A stretch of DNA of 32,607 nucleotides from a virus. A program made the translations under genes and the position numbers. The stretch is taken from positions 1 through 32,607 of IMG/VR virus record IMGVR_UViG_3300020176_000008. One strand, written 5' to 3'. Under the pieces are notes generated by a model that had not been told where the DNA came from, made no database searches, and was given only the letters and a program-made list of their open reading frames with translations. How positions within the stretch are numbered: the first letter of the stretch is position 1; the number at the start of each line of letters is the position of its first letter. Of this stretch, positions 1 to 9,547 are shown piece after piece.

Positions 1-2
1 AT

Positions 3-782
3 CTTACTGATGTTCCGCAAACTTCATTTAATGATCTTAGTGACCGTCCTGTATTTTTTGACGGTGAATTTTCTTCACTAACCAATCTTCCAACCACTTT
101 GGCTGGTTATGGTATTACTGATGCATTTAATGGCTCATATAATAGTCTCGATGATTTGCCAATATTATTCAGCGGATCATATAACGATTTGACAAATACT
201 CCGGATATTCCGGTCCTCGATCAACAGCTGTTAACTACCTCTGTTCCAGAATTTGCCGGAATTCAATTTGCAGATGGCATACAGTATCGTGCATATTTAG
301 GCCAAGATTTTGGCAAATATGTGTTTACACAGATAACTGACGTAAGTGTTATCCTTGGCCAAGGAGCTTCAGGATCTTGGAGACCGTATACATATGAACA
401 GGGTTTTGTATCTTCTGCGGCAAGTAATCCAACATTAGAACATATTCCTGCTCCAGATAGTACTGGAAAATTTAACGGATTTTACCAGAGCGGCGTATAT
501 GAAATTACTGCAGTATTTAGCGCAATAGGCAATAATGCTAGGTCTACGATGGCGGTTACTATTAAAGCTGGGGACGATGGAGCTACTGCAAATTTGGGCA
601 CAATCGGCACAGAATTTGATGTAGTAAATAGATCAACGGCAACACTAAGTACGATTGTTAGATTTACTAGTCCTGTGCTAGAATCAAACCAAATTTGGTT
701 TACAGCTTCAGATACAGAAGTTGATGCTGCCGCAGTGAGTTATATTTCTAATGTTAACGTGACTATTAAGAAAATTGTCTAA
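3..782 (+). CDS. 5'-truncated structural/fibre-like protein with F(S/D/N)GSYNDLTN.P-type repeats
   Basis: The frame is open from position 3 (LTDVPQTSFNDLSDRPVFFDGEFSSLTNLPTTLAGYGITDAFNGSYNSLDDLPILFSGSYNDLTNTP), so the TTG at 99 is probably not the real start. Repeats of this type occur in phage fibre proteins. The C-terminus is beta-rich and the stop overlaps the gp15 ATG. Confidence 0.6.
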   Translation, partial: LTDVPQTSFNDLSDRPVFFDGEFSSLTNLPTTLAGYGITDAFNGSYNSLDDLPILFSGSYNDLTNTPDIPVLDQQLLTTSVPEFAGIQFADGIQYRAYLGQDFGKYVFTQITDVSVILGQGASGSWRPYTYEQGFVSSAASNPTLEHIPAPDSTGKFNGFYQSGVYEITAVFSAIGNNARSTMAVTIKAGDDGATANLGTIGTEFDVVNRSTATLSTIVRFTSPVLESNQIWFTASDTEVDAAAVSYISNVNVTIKKIV

Positions 783-1510
783 TGTTAAGTAACAATATAT
801 ATTATCACCAGATCACGCGAAAGATTATCGTAGCTTTTGGTGCTCTATTCAGTAATATTAAAATTATTCGATCTAACGAAGGGATTGAAGTGCAAGGTAT
901 GGAAGTACCTATTGCATACGCTCCTAAGGAAAAATGGATTATGCGTATCGACCAGGATCCGAATTTGGATTCATATGTCTATACATCTTTGCCGCGGCTT
1001 TCATTTGAAATGACCGGTTTAACATACGATTCAACTCGCAAGGTTAATCGTATGAATTATATTTCGTGTGGCGATGGTACTGATACAGTGCAAAGAATGT
1101 ATTCTCCAGTTCCATATAATTTCGAAATTTCATTATATGTAATAAGTAAAACTCAAGAAGATGCGCTACAGATCGTAGAACAAATATTACCAACATTTTC
1201 ACCAGAATATACATTATCATTACAACCTATTACCGATAATGATTTGGTGGTCGATGTTCCAGTTATTCTAAATAATATTAGCTTACAAGATGATTATGAA
1301 GGTGATTTCCAGACTAGAAGATTCATTACATATACGTTAAACTTTACTCTTAAAGCATACATGTATGGACCAATTAAGGATGGTAAAGTTATTACTACTA
1401 CTGTAGTTGATATGACTAATCCGGATACTGGTGCAGCTATAGGCAATTATTCTGCAACAGGTGATTCATCAACGGGTGATGTAACAAGTGATCTTTGGAA
1501 TAACTTTTAA
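782..1510 (+). CDS. 15: tail sheath stabilizer/tail terminator gp15
   Basis: RKIIVAFGALFSNI, VPIAYAPKEK, LPRLSFEMTGLTYDSTRK, QIVEQILPTF and DDYEGDF motifs; position in the neck/tail cluster. Confidence 0.93.
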   Translation: MLSNNIYYHQITRKIIVAFGALFSNIKIIRSNEGIEVQGMEVPIAYAPKEKWIMRIDQDPNLDSYVYTSLPRLSFEMTGLTYDSTRKVNRMNYISCGDGTDTVQRMYSPVPYNFEISLYVISKTQEDALQIVEQILPTFSPEYTLSLQPITDNDLVVDVPVILNNISLQDDYEGDFQTRRFITYTLNFTLKAYMYGPIKDGKVITTTVVDMTNPDTGAAIGNYSATGDSSTGDVTSDLWNNF

Positions 1511-1537
1511 TTATTAGTATCTAGAGATACATTATAC
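1508..1537. repeat. 30-nt dispersed repeat, copy 1 (putative minus-strand promoter plus mini-hairpin)
   Basis: TAATTATTAGTATCTAGAGATACATTATAC; 28/30 identical to 12359-12388. Confidence 0.85.
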
Positions 1538-1540
1538 CAT

Positions 1541-3151
1541 ATGGACCTGAATAAATTAAAAGTTTACAACAGTAATTCGAATCTTAAGGGGGCAGGTCAA
1601 GCAATACCGTTCTCCCAGCATGAAATCGAAGAATATTTGAAGTGTTCGGAAGATCCCGTCTATTTTATTCAGACTTATTGTAAAATTGTAACATTGGACC
1701 ACGGTTTACAACCGTTCAATCTGTACCCATGTCAGATTAACAAGGTCAAAGTCATCCATGAAAACCGAAAGGTTATTCTCATGGAAGGACGACAGCAGGG
1801 TAAAACTACCACTTCCGCTGCATACATTCTATGGTACACTTTATTCCAATCAAATAAGACCGTTGCTATTCTTGCGAACAAGAAAGCAGCAGCTATGGAA
1901 GTACTTGATAGATATCAGACAATGTACGAAGGTCTTCCAAAATGGTTACAGCAGGGTGTTACTACATGGAACAAGGGTGATATTGAATTAGAAAACGGTT
2001 CTAAGGTATTCACCGCTGCAACATCTACATCTGGTATTCGTGGTAAATCGGTTAACTTACTATACGTTGACGAAGCTGCAATTATTCCAAACAATGTTGC
2101 CGAATCATTCTTCACATCAGTATATCCTACAATCTCTGCTGGTGAGACTACTAAGATTCTATTAAGCTCAACTCCTCTTGGATATAATCACTTCTGGAAA
2201 TTCTGGACCGATGCTGAACAGGACAAGAACGGATTCGTTAACTTGTTTATTCCGTACTGGGAGATTCCAGGTAGAGATGAGAAGTGGGCAGAAGAACAGC
2301 GTAGACTTCTTGGTGAGATTAAGTTTAACCAAGAAGTGCTGTGTACATTCCTTGGTTCTAGTTTGACATTAGTTGCCGCGGACACTATTGCACAAATGGC
2401 ACCGGCAGCTGCCGAGTTTTCTTCCAATGACGGATTGGATATATACGAAAAACCTAAAGAAGGTCATGTATACGCTATGGCGGTGGATCCTGCCAAGGGA
2501 GTCGGTGGAGACTTCTCGGCAATTGTTGTCGTAGATATAACACAAGTTCCATATCGCACCGTTGCTAAGTACAGGAATAAAAATATTCTTCCTATGCTAT
2601 TTCCTACCGTGATACATAAGTTGGGAACCGATTATAATCAAGCTTATGTTCTAATAGAATTGAATGCTGGTGAACAAGTTGCCGACATTCTTTATAACGA
2701 TATGGAATATGAGAATTTAATGTTTGTTACGCGTGATACTAAAGGTCAGAGCGTTTCAGCAGGTTTTGGTGGAGGTAAAACCCAATTGGGTGTATATACC
2801 GACAAGAAAACAAAAAGAATGGGCTGTTTTAACCTGAAAAGTCTCTTAGAGGGTAAAAAACTGCTAGTGAATGACGCTGATCTTATATCTGAAATTTCTA
2901 CTTTCATTGAATCTAAAGGATCGTATGCAGCCGATGAAGGCTACCATGATGACTTAGTAATGTGTTTAGTTCTGTTTGCTTGGGCTTCTAGTAGTAATTA
3001 CTTTGAAGATTTAAGTAATATAAATATAAGGCAAGCGATCTATGAGAATCATATGGCAGCAATTGAGAATCAGTTGACACCCTTTGGTTTTTATAATGAT
3101 GGTCGAGAAACAGACGAAGAAGCTTCCATCCGACAGCTTCTTTCATCATAA
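1541..3151 (+). CDS. 17: terminase large subunit gp17
   Basis: Walker A GRQQGKTT, Walker B LLYVDEAA, SSTPLG coupling motif, nuclease AVDPAKG and GYHDDLVM. Confidence 0.97.
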   Translation: MDLNKLKVYNSNSNLKGAGQAIPFSQHEIEEYLKCSEDPVYFIQTYCKIVTLDHGLQPFNLYPCQINKVKVIHENRKVILMEGRQQGKTTTSAAYILWYTLFQSNKTVAILANKKAAAMEVLDRYQTMYEGLPKWLQQGVTTWNKGDIELENGSKVFTAATSTSGIRGKSVNLLYVDEAAIIPNNVAESFFTSVYPTISAGETTKILLSSTPLGYNHFWKFWTDAEQDKNGFVNLFIPYWEIPGRDEKWAEEQRRLLGEIKFNQEVLCTFLGSSLTLVAADTIAQMAPAAAEFSSNDGLDIYEKPKEGHVYAMAVDPAKGVGGDFSAIVVVDITQVPYRTVAKYRNKNILPMLFPTVIHKLGTDYNQAYVLIELNAGEQVADILYNDMEYENLMFVTRDTKGQSVSAGFGGGKTQLGVYTDKKTKRMGCFNLKSLLEGKKLLVNDADLISEISTFIESKGSYAADEGYHDDLVMCLVLFAWASSSNYFEDLSNINIRQAIYENHMAAIENQLTPFGFYNDGRETDEEASIRQLLSS

Positions 3152-3163
3152 AAACAGTGAAAT

Positions 3164-3171
3164 TATAAATA
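3164..3171 (+). promoter_or_regulatory. T4-type late promoter
   Basis: Exact TATAAATA in the intergenic gap before g18; gp55 is encoded in the window. Confidence 0.85.
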
Positions 3172-3214
3172 ATAAATCATCCGAGTTGGATTTTTAATAA
3201 TAAGGAGTTGCAAC

Positions 3215-5527
3215 ATGCCTTTTCTAGTTAGCCCAGGCGTAGCAGTAGTCGAGAAAGACTTTAGTTCAATTGTACCAGCGGTCTCTTCATCTACCGGCGC
3301 TTTTGCTGGCCCATTTTCATGGGGACCAGTTAATTCACCATTGAGAATTTCTTCAGAAAACGAACTAGTTTCAAAACTAGGAAAGCCTACTGATGCGAAT
3401 TATCAATCATTCTTTTCTGCAGGCAATTTCTTAGCCTACACGAATACATTATATGTTAACCGTACTGACGGTGATGGCCTGCTAAACGCTTCTAGCGTAC
3501 AGTCTGGTCCTGTAGCTTCAGCGGATATTTCTATCACAGAGCAAGGTAGTGGTTACACTGCTGCTGAAACTCTAACTGCAACAGTAGAATTTGCTGAACC
3601 ACTTATCGGCGGTTCAACAGCAGAAGGCACATTGATGTGGGAAGAGTACGATGCAATTAACGGCCTATGGCGCGTTAGCGGTATTCAACTAACTTCTGCC
3701 GGTGGTGGATACGTTAATCCACCAGCAATTACTATCAGTGATCCTGCTGCTGGTACTACTGCAACTGCTGCAGTATCAAGAATTGTAAAAACCGGCGTCA
3801 AGATCAAAAATATCGATGACTACCAAAATAATTTTTCTGAAACGCATTTGCATAACGGAGAGTTTGCTGCTAAGTATCCAGGCACACGTGCTAACGGTGT
3901 TACAGTATACTTGATTGATGCAAACAACTGGGCTTCAATGCCAGTTACAGTTCAGAAACAATTTACTGGCGCTCCAGGTACTTCTGATTACGCTGCTGTA
4001 AACGTTGGCGCTAATGCATTAGACGAATTGCACATCTTGGTTGTTGACAATTCTAAGGGCTCTTTTACTGGCGTAAGCGGTGCAGTATTAGAGAAGTTTG
4101 AATATGTCTCTAAACTAAGTGATGCTAAGAGATCTGATGGCACCAATATCTACTATAAAGATATTGTTAATAACCAGTCTAACTACTTGTGGGCACTAGC
4201 TACTCCAGCTGCTATTCAGGAAAAAGCTTTAGCTCTTGGTGTAACTTCCACTACAACAGATGATGCCGGCAATATTACTATTTCTGATAGTACTAAGTTT
4301 GCAGAGCTTTCAAGCTTCATGAACGAGTTCAATGCATCTAATAGTGCTGTCGAATTCAAACTAAGTCTTTTTGGCGGTTCAAACGAAGGTGTGCACACTA
4401 TTTCTGGCATTACCACAACTACAGCTAACGATGCTATCACTGCATACGTTATTACAGTTACTAGTGAAACTATTGCCGAAACTGCTGCAGTAGCTGTCAC
4501 TAGCGTTGGAGATGCATATAATTGGGGAAGTTCTTCTGACATCATAGTTGATAGCGGATTCCAATTGGCCGTTTTAAATTCTACATTTACTGATGGTGTT
4601 GCTTTGGCTGGTGGTGCTGATGGTTCAGCTCCTACTGACGGTCAAGTTCAAGAAGCATATGCAGCTTTTGCTAACACAGACGATTACGAAATCTCTTTAG
4701 TTGTTGCTGGTAATGTTTCTACAACGGTTGCAAACTATCTAATCACATCTTTGGCTGAAGTTCGTAAAGATTGTATCGTATTCATCTCTCCACGCAATGC
4801 TAGCGGTAATCATTGGATCACCTCTACTCAAGCCGGCGTAACCCCAGAAAATGCAGCGATTGCATACAAAAATGCGGTTAACGCTAGCTCTTCATACGGT
4901 GTTATTGATTCTGGCTGGAAGTACCAGTATGATGCATACAATGACAAGTACCGTTGGGTTCCATTGAATGGTGATACTGCTGGCTTATGTGCTCGCGTTG
5001 ACTTTACTGCCGATCCATGGTATTCACCAGGTGGTTTCAACCGCGGTCAGATTAAGAACGTTGTTAAGTTGGGCTACAACCCTAACCAAACTCAACGTGA
5101 TGCACTATACACAGAAGGTATTAACCCAGTAGTTATCTTCCCAGGACAGGGAACTGTTCTATACGGAGATAAGACTATGTTAGCTAAACCTTCAGCATTC
5201 GATCGTATTAACGTACGTCGCTTGTTCATCGTATTGGAAAAATCCATTGCTACCGCTGCTAAGTACCAGTTGTTTGAATTTAACGATTCATTTACTCGTG
5301 CTCAGTTCCGCAACTTGGTTGAACCGTTCCTACGTGATGTACAAGGTCGCCGTGGTGTTGTTGACTTCAAGGTTGTTTGTGATGAAACAAATAACACTGG
5401 CGAAGTTATCGATCGTAACGAATTTGCTGCTGATATCTACATCAAGCCAAACCGTTCAATCAACTTCATCACTCTAAACTTTGTTGCGGCTCGCTCTTCA
5501 GTAAGCTTCAGCGAATTAGGCGCATAA
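3215..5527 (+). CDS. 18: tail sheath protein gp18
   Basis: SPGVAVVEKD N-terminus; YDAYNDKYRWVPLNGD, PWYSPGG, FDRINVRRLF and IKPNRSINFITLNFVA; SD AAGGAG. Confidence 0.97.
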   Translation: MPFLVSPGVAVVEKDFSSIVPAVSSSTGAFAGPFSWGPVNSPLRISSENELVSKLGKPTDANYQSFFSAGNFLAYTNTLYVNRTDGDGLLNASSVQSGPVASADISITEQGSGYTAAETLTATVEFAEPLIGGSTAEGTLMWEEYDAINGLWRVSGIQLTSAGGGYVNPPAITISDPAAGTTATAAVSRIVKTGVKIKNIDDYQNNFSETHLHNGEFAAKYPGTRANGVTVYLIDANNWASMPVTVQKQFTGAPGTSDYAAVNVGANALDELHILVVDNSKGSFTGVSGAVLEKFEYVSKLSDAKRSDGTNIYYKDIVNNQSNYLWALATPAAIQEKALALGVTSTTTDDAGNITISDSTKFAELSSFMNEFNASNSAVEFKLSLFGGSNEGVHTISGITTTTANDAITAYVITVTSETIAETAAVAVTSVGDAYNWGSSSDIIVDSGFQLAVLNSTFTDGVALAGGADGSAPTDGQVQEAYAAFANTDDYEISLVVAGNVSTTVANYLITSLAEVRKDCIVFISPRNASGNHWITSTQAGVTPENAAIAYKNAVNASSSYGVIDSGWKYQYDAYNDKYRWVPLNGDTAGLCARVDFTADPWYSPGGFNRGQIKNVVKLGYNPNQTQRDALYTEGINPVVIFPGQGTVLYGDKTMLAKPSAFDRINVRRLFIVLEKSIATAAKYQLFEFNDSFTRAQFRNLVEPFLRDVQGRRGVVDFKVVCDETNNTGEVIDRNEFAADIYIKPNRSINFITLNFVAARSSVSFSELGA

Positions 5528-5529
5528 TA

Positions 5530-5553
5530 TAAGCAGGGGGAGACCCCTGCTTA
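5530..5553 (+). terminator. stem-loop after g18 (terminator or stabilizer)
   Basis: TAAGCAGGGG-GAGA-CCCCTGCTTA, a 10-bp stem with a GNRA loop but only a weak U tract. Confidence 0.65.
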
Positions 5554-5557
5554 CTTG

Positions 5558-5565
5558 TATAAATA
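5558..5565 (+). promoter_or_regulatory. T4-type late promoter
   Basis: Exact TATAAATA upstream of g19. Confidence 0.85.
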
Positions 5566-5595
5566 CATATAACAGTTAAAACAAAGGAGTCTTAA

Positions 5596-6156
5596 ATGGC
5601 TAGAATCTCAGATTTTAAGGCACAAATGGGCGGCGGTGGCGCTCGCGCTAACCAGTTTAGAGTGGAACTATCTTTCCCTTCTTACGTTGGTGTTAGTGCT
5701 TCTATCGGCCAATCGTCCCAATTCTTGTGTAAATCAGCATCATTGCCTGGTTCAACAATCGACAATATGCCGATTAATTACCGCGGTCGTGTTGTTAACA
5801 TTGCTGGCGAGCGTACCTTTGCTCCATGGCAGGTTACCGTCTATAATGACACAGACTTTGGTATCCGTAACGCTCTAGAAAAGTGGGCCGATGGCGTTCA
5901 AAGCTTGACCGATACTACCGGTTTGACAAGCCCAGGTGCATATCAAGTAGATCTATTAGTTCACCAGTTAGATCGCAACGGTGCTACACTAAAGACCTAT
6001 AAATTCGTTGATGCGTATCCAACAGAAATTGGTCCAATCGCATTGGACTTTGATACAACTAATCAGATCGAAACATTTGATGTCAACTTCACATACAACT
6101 ACTGGACAACTACTGAGTCCACTGGTTACGTTAATGTTAACATTGAAATCGGTTAA
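5596..6156 (+). CDS. 19: tail tube protein gp19
   Basis: GGARANQFRV, FLCKSASLPG, YRGRVVNIAGERTF and YPTEIGPIALD; follows the sheath gene. Confidence 0.95.
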   Translation: MARISDFKAQMGGGGARANQFRVELSFPSYVGVSASIGQSSQFLCKSASLPGSTIDNMPINYRGRVVNIAGERTFAPWQVTVYNDTDFGIRNALEKWADGVQSLTDTTGLTSPGAYQVDLLVHQLDRNGATLKTYKFVDAYPTEIGPIALDFDTTNQIETFDVNFTYNYWTTTESTGYVNVNIEIG

Positions 6157-6184
6157 TTAGCAACTTAGATTGGTTTAAAATATA

Positions 6185-7747
6185 ATGAATATATTTGGAT
6201 TTGAAATCCAGCGTAAAAAGACGGAAGTCCAACTTACACCTGTAGCGCCAGCACATGATGACGGCGCTACCGTTGTAACATCCGCTGGTGGTTATTATGG
6301 CCAGATGATTAATCTCGAAGCGACGATTCGTTCAGAAAACGATATCATTCGTCGCTATCGGGAGATTTCGCAGTATCCGGATTGCGATTCGGCAATTGAT
6401 GATATTGCCAACGAGGCGATTGTATCTGAAGAAGATGATATCCCTGTTGAGATTGTTCTAGATGATCTTAAAGTGTCTTCTGGAATTAAAAAGAAGATCA
6501 CTGAAGAATTCTATCAAGTCATGAGGCTTCTAAAGTTTGACCAAAAAGGTCATGATATGTTTAGAAGTTGGTATATTGATGGTAGAATGTATTATCACAT
6601 CTTGATTGATGAGAATAATCCCAAGAATGGTATTGTAGAACTACGTTATATTGATCCGCGAAAGATTCGTAAAATCAAAAACGTTAAGAAACAAAAGAAT
6701 GCGAATGGCGTGGAGATAGTTAAGTCTATTGACGAGTACTATATCTACAATGATAAAGGCATTCAAGAAGGTGATGTAAAGGGCGTTAAATTACCAATAG
6801 ATTCAGTAATTTACGTTCCATCTGGAATCACAGATCAAAATACAGGTATGGCATTATCATACCTACACAAAGCTATTAAATTAGTCAATCAATTAAAAAT
6901 GATGGAAGATGCATTAGTCATCTATCGTATCAGTCGTGCGCCTGAGCGTCGTATTTTCTACGTTGACGTTGGAAACCTTCCTAAGATGAAGGCGGAACAA
7001 TACGTCAACGACTTGATGAATAAGTTTAAGAACAAGGTTGTATATGATGCAACCACAGGTGAAGTACGAGATGATCGTAAACACTTATCAATGATGGAAG
7101 ACTTCTGGATGCCACGTCGTGAAGGCGGCAAGGGTACAGAAATTACAACGTTGCCGGGTGGTCAGACGCTTGGACAAATCGAAGATATTGAATTCTTCCA
7201 GAATAAACTATTCCAGGCTTTAAATGTTCCAGCCTCTCGTCTAAAGGGCGAACAAGGATTTAACTTAGGTCGTTCGTCAGAAATTACTCGTGACGAAATA
7301 AAGTTTACTAAATTCATTCAACGAATTCGTAAGAAGTTCTCTAATATATTTTTAGATGCGCTAAGAGTTCAATTGATTGCTAAAGGCATTATCAACCCAG
7401 AAGAATGGGATGATATGTCGCAAGATATCCGCTTTGACTTCCAAAAAGATAACTACTTTGCGGAAATTAAAGAGTCCGAGATTACGCAGTCTAGATTGAA
7501 TATACTTCAGACCGTAGATCAATTTGCCGGTAAGTACTACTCTCCAACATGGATCAAGAAAAATATCTTGAAACTAACTGATGAAGAAATTGAAGAGATG
7601 GATGAAGAGAACGAAGAGTATAACAAACAGCAAATGGAACTGCAAAGGCAACAGCTCGAAATGCAACAAGGGCAACAGCAACAGCAGCCAGAATCAGATA
7701 ATACAGATAATACACAATTAGGAGGTGAAGATGTCTACAACCCGTAA
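6185..7747 (+). CDS. 20: portal protein gp20
   Basis: WYIDGR, MEDALVIYRISRAPERRIFYVDVGNLP, EDFWMPRREGGKGTEITTLPGG; Gln-rich C-terminal tail. Confidence 0.97.
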   Translation: MNIFGFEIQRKKTEVQLTPVAPAHDDGATVVTSAGGYYGQMINLEATIRSENDIIRRYREISQYPDCDSAIDDIANEAIVSEEDDIPVEIVLDDLKVSSGIKKKITEEFYQVMRLLKFDQKGHDMFRSWYIDGRMYYHILIDENNPKNGIVELRYIDPRKIRKIKNVKKQKNANGVEIVKSIDEYYIYNDKGIQEGDVKGVKLPIDSVIYVPSGITDQNTGMALSYLHKAIKLVNQLKMMEDALVIYRISRAPERRIFYVDVGNLPKMKAEQYVNDLMNKFKNKVVYDATTGEVRDDRKHLSMMEDFWMPRREGGKGTEITTLPGGQTLGQIEDIEFFQNKLFQALNVPASRLKGEQGFNLGRSSEITRDEIKFTKFIQRIRKKFSNIFLDALRVQLIAKGIINPEEWDDMSQDIRFDFQKDNYFAEIKESEITQSRLNILQTVDQFAGKYYSPTWIKKNILKLTDEEIEEMDEENEEYNKQQMELQRQQLEMQQGQQQQQPESDNTDNTQLGGEDVYNP

Positions 7748-7922
7748 TTTAGTTGATGCTTTAATTAGCGGAGATTCATTGTCAATCGAAACTACGTTTG
7801 ATGCAGCAATGTCAGAACGTATTTCAGGCGGCCTAGATGCCATGAAGATGAGCATTGCTAATAGTATGTTCAATCCGGCACCCGAAGCTGTAGAGGCTAT
7901 TGCCCCAGAAGAAACAGAATAA
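7731..7922 (+). CDS. small acidic prohead core protein (gp67-like)
   Basis: Strong SD AGGAGGT before ATG 7731; small acidic ORF directly after the portal gene, the syntenic position of gp67. Confidence 0.6.
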   Translation: MSTTRNLVDALISGDSLSIETTFDAAMSERISGGLDAMKMSIANSMFNPAPEAVEAIAPEETE

Positions 7923-8431
7923 TGAAATTCATTAGTTCCATGAGAAAACCAAGTGATGACGTAGCATATAAAGGCCATGTCATCACTATATCCGAAAATA
8001 ACGTATATGTCGATTCGGAACTAATATTAGAAGACTGCATCAGCAATGGTGCAGGTAAATTGTATGCTAAGTCATACATTGATTCTATAGTCGTTTTAGA
8101 GACTGCCGAAGTTGTTACTACGGAGTCTATCGTAAATACTGCGATGCGACACCATGGAATCAAGCTGACGAATACATTAGTAGAGTCATATAAAGAGTTA
8201 ATTCTTGCAGGAGAATTTACTCTAGATCCGGTTGTATTAGAACTTAAAGAAGGTAAATCTTCTATTTACGGTAAAACCGAATTTATCTTAAATGATAATT
8301 CTGTGGTCGCAATCAATGAATCTACTATCAAAAAATTGCTATCTTTAAATGTAGATAAATATAAATTAGTAGATTTTATGAAACAGTCTAAAGACAACTT
8401 TGTTGCTGTAATACAAGAACTTGGAAGATAA
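7922..8431 (+). CDS. hypothetical protein in head cluster
   Basis: 169-aa ORF coupled by a TAATG overlap; function not recognised. Confidence 0.7.
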   Translation: MKFISSMRKPSDDVAYKGHVITISENNVYVDSELILEDCISNGAGKLYAKSYIDSIVVLETAEVVTTESIVNTAMRHHGIKLTNTLVESYKELILAGEFTLDPVVLELKEGKSSIYGKTEFILNDNSVVAINESTIKKLLSLNVDKYKLVDFMKQSKDNFVAVIQELGR

Positions 8432-8433
8432 CT

Positions 8434-8832
8434 ATGGCAAAACACATTTTAAAACTAACAGACAAGAAGGTTGCCGTTAAAGTAAACGGGACTGACGTAA
8501 CTGAAACAATTACGTTGGCGTCCGATTGCAAATTAGCAGCTGAAACTATTGATCAAACACAATCAGTTAGCATTCTATCAATCACATGGATGGGAGCTGC
8601 GGGAGCATACGCCACAATCACGCGTGGCACTTCCGCAGTGCCGATTGCAATTGTTCAAGGCGAGTGCGCAACCACTATCAATTTTGCTGGATCTGAATTT
8701 TCTGAATCGGTTACTCCGACGGAAGATATCAAGATTGTCACTAGTGGCGATATGCAAGTATACTTATTGTTGAGAAAAGATGATGGTTACTCAACCGCCG
8801 ATCCTCAGCAGTACACAACTATTCCATACTAA
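8434..8832 (+). CDS. hypothetical beta-rich protein, possibly a virion component
   Basis: 132-aa ORF tightly packed between head genes. Confidence 0.7.
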   Translation: MAKHILKLTDKKVAVKVNGTDVTETITLASDCKLAAETIDQTQSVSILSITWMGAAGAYATITRGTSAVPIAIVQGECATTINFAGSEFSESVTPTEDIKIVTSGDMQVYLLLRKDDGYSTADPQQYTTIPY

Positions 8833-8844
8833 TAGGAGTATTTC

Positions 8845-9498
8845 ATGAAACTTATTAGAGAAGTAGTTGAATCCGTAAATTTAATTACGGAAAACAAACT
8901 AGGACAAGAAAAAGAATACTTCATCGAAGGTATTTTTCTTCAATCAGAATTAAAAAACCGTAATGGTCGTATGTACCCAGAGCCTACGATGGATAATGCG
9001 GTTAAGAGTTATGTGGAAAATTACGTTAACCAAAAACGTGCTTATGGTGAATTAGGTCATCCTGATACACCAAGTATCAATCTAGATCGTGTGTCACACA
9101 TTATCACAGATTTGAGAAAAGAAGGTACAAATTGGATTGGTAAAGCTAAAGTACTTGCAACTCCTATGGGACAGATTGCTCGTGGCTTACTAGATGGCGG
9201 TGCTAATCTTGGTGTATCTAGCAGAGCGCTCGGTTCGTTAAAAACCAACAGGGATGGAATACAAGTCGTACAAGACGATTTTGTCCTTTCTACTGCTGCT
9301 GATATTGTCGCTGATCCTTCAGCGCCTGATGCTTTCGTAAGAGGTATCATGGAAGGTCACGAATGGGTTTATGTCGATGGGAAATACGTGGAAAAGCAGA
9401 TAGAACAAACTCGAAAGTTAATCAAAAGTACTTCAACAAAGCACTTGACTGAAGTATCAGCTGTTGCTTTTGAAAAATTCTTGAATTCTTTAAAGTAA
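8845..9498 (+). CDS. 21: prohead core protease gp21
   Basis: MKLIRE, NRNGRMYP, GELGHP, GVSSRALGS and DIVADPSAPDAFV. Confidence 0.96.
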   Translation: MKLIREVVESVNLITENKLGQEKEYFIEGIFLQSELKNRNGRMYPEPTMDNAVKSYVENYVNQKRAYGELGHPDTPSINLDRVSHIITDLRKEGTNWIGKAKVLATPMGQIARGLLDGGANLGVSSRALGSLKTNRDGIQVVQDDFVLSTAADIVADPSAPDAFVRGIMEGHEWVYVDGKYVEKQIEQTRKLIKSTSTKHLTEVSAVAFEKFLNSLK

Positions 9499-9547
9499 TA
9501 AATAATATTAACACCATTGGATATATCCAATCAATAGGAGATTACAC

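Noticed and set aside
3019-3026. Intragenic TATAAATA matches (3019 in g17; also 25233 in g62)
   Set aside because: They may be chance matches in AT-rich coding sequence. The g62 copy could serve regA but is unsupported.
7620-7690. CAA/CAG-rich tract at the end of the portal gene
   Set aside because: It encodes a low-complexity Gln-rich tail, common in variable portal C-termini.
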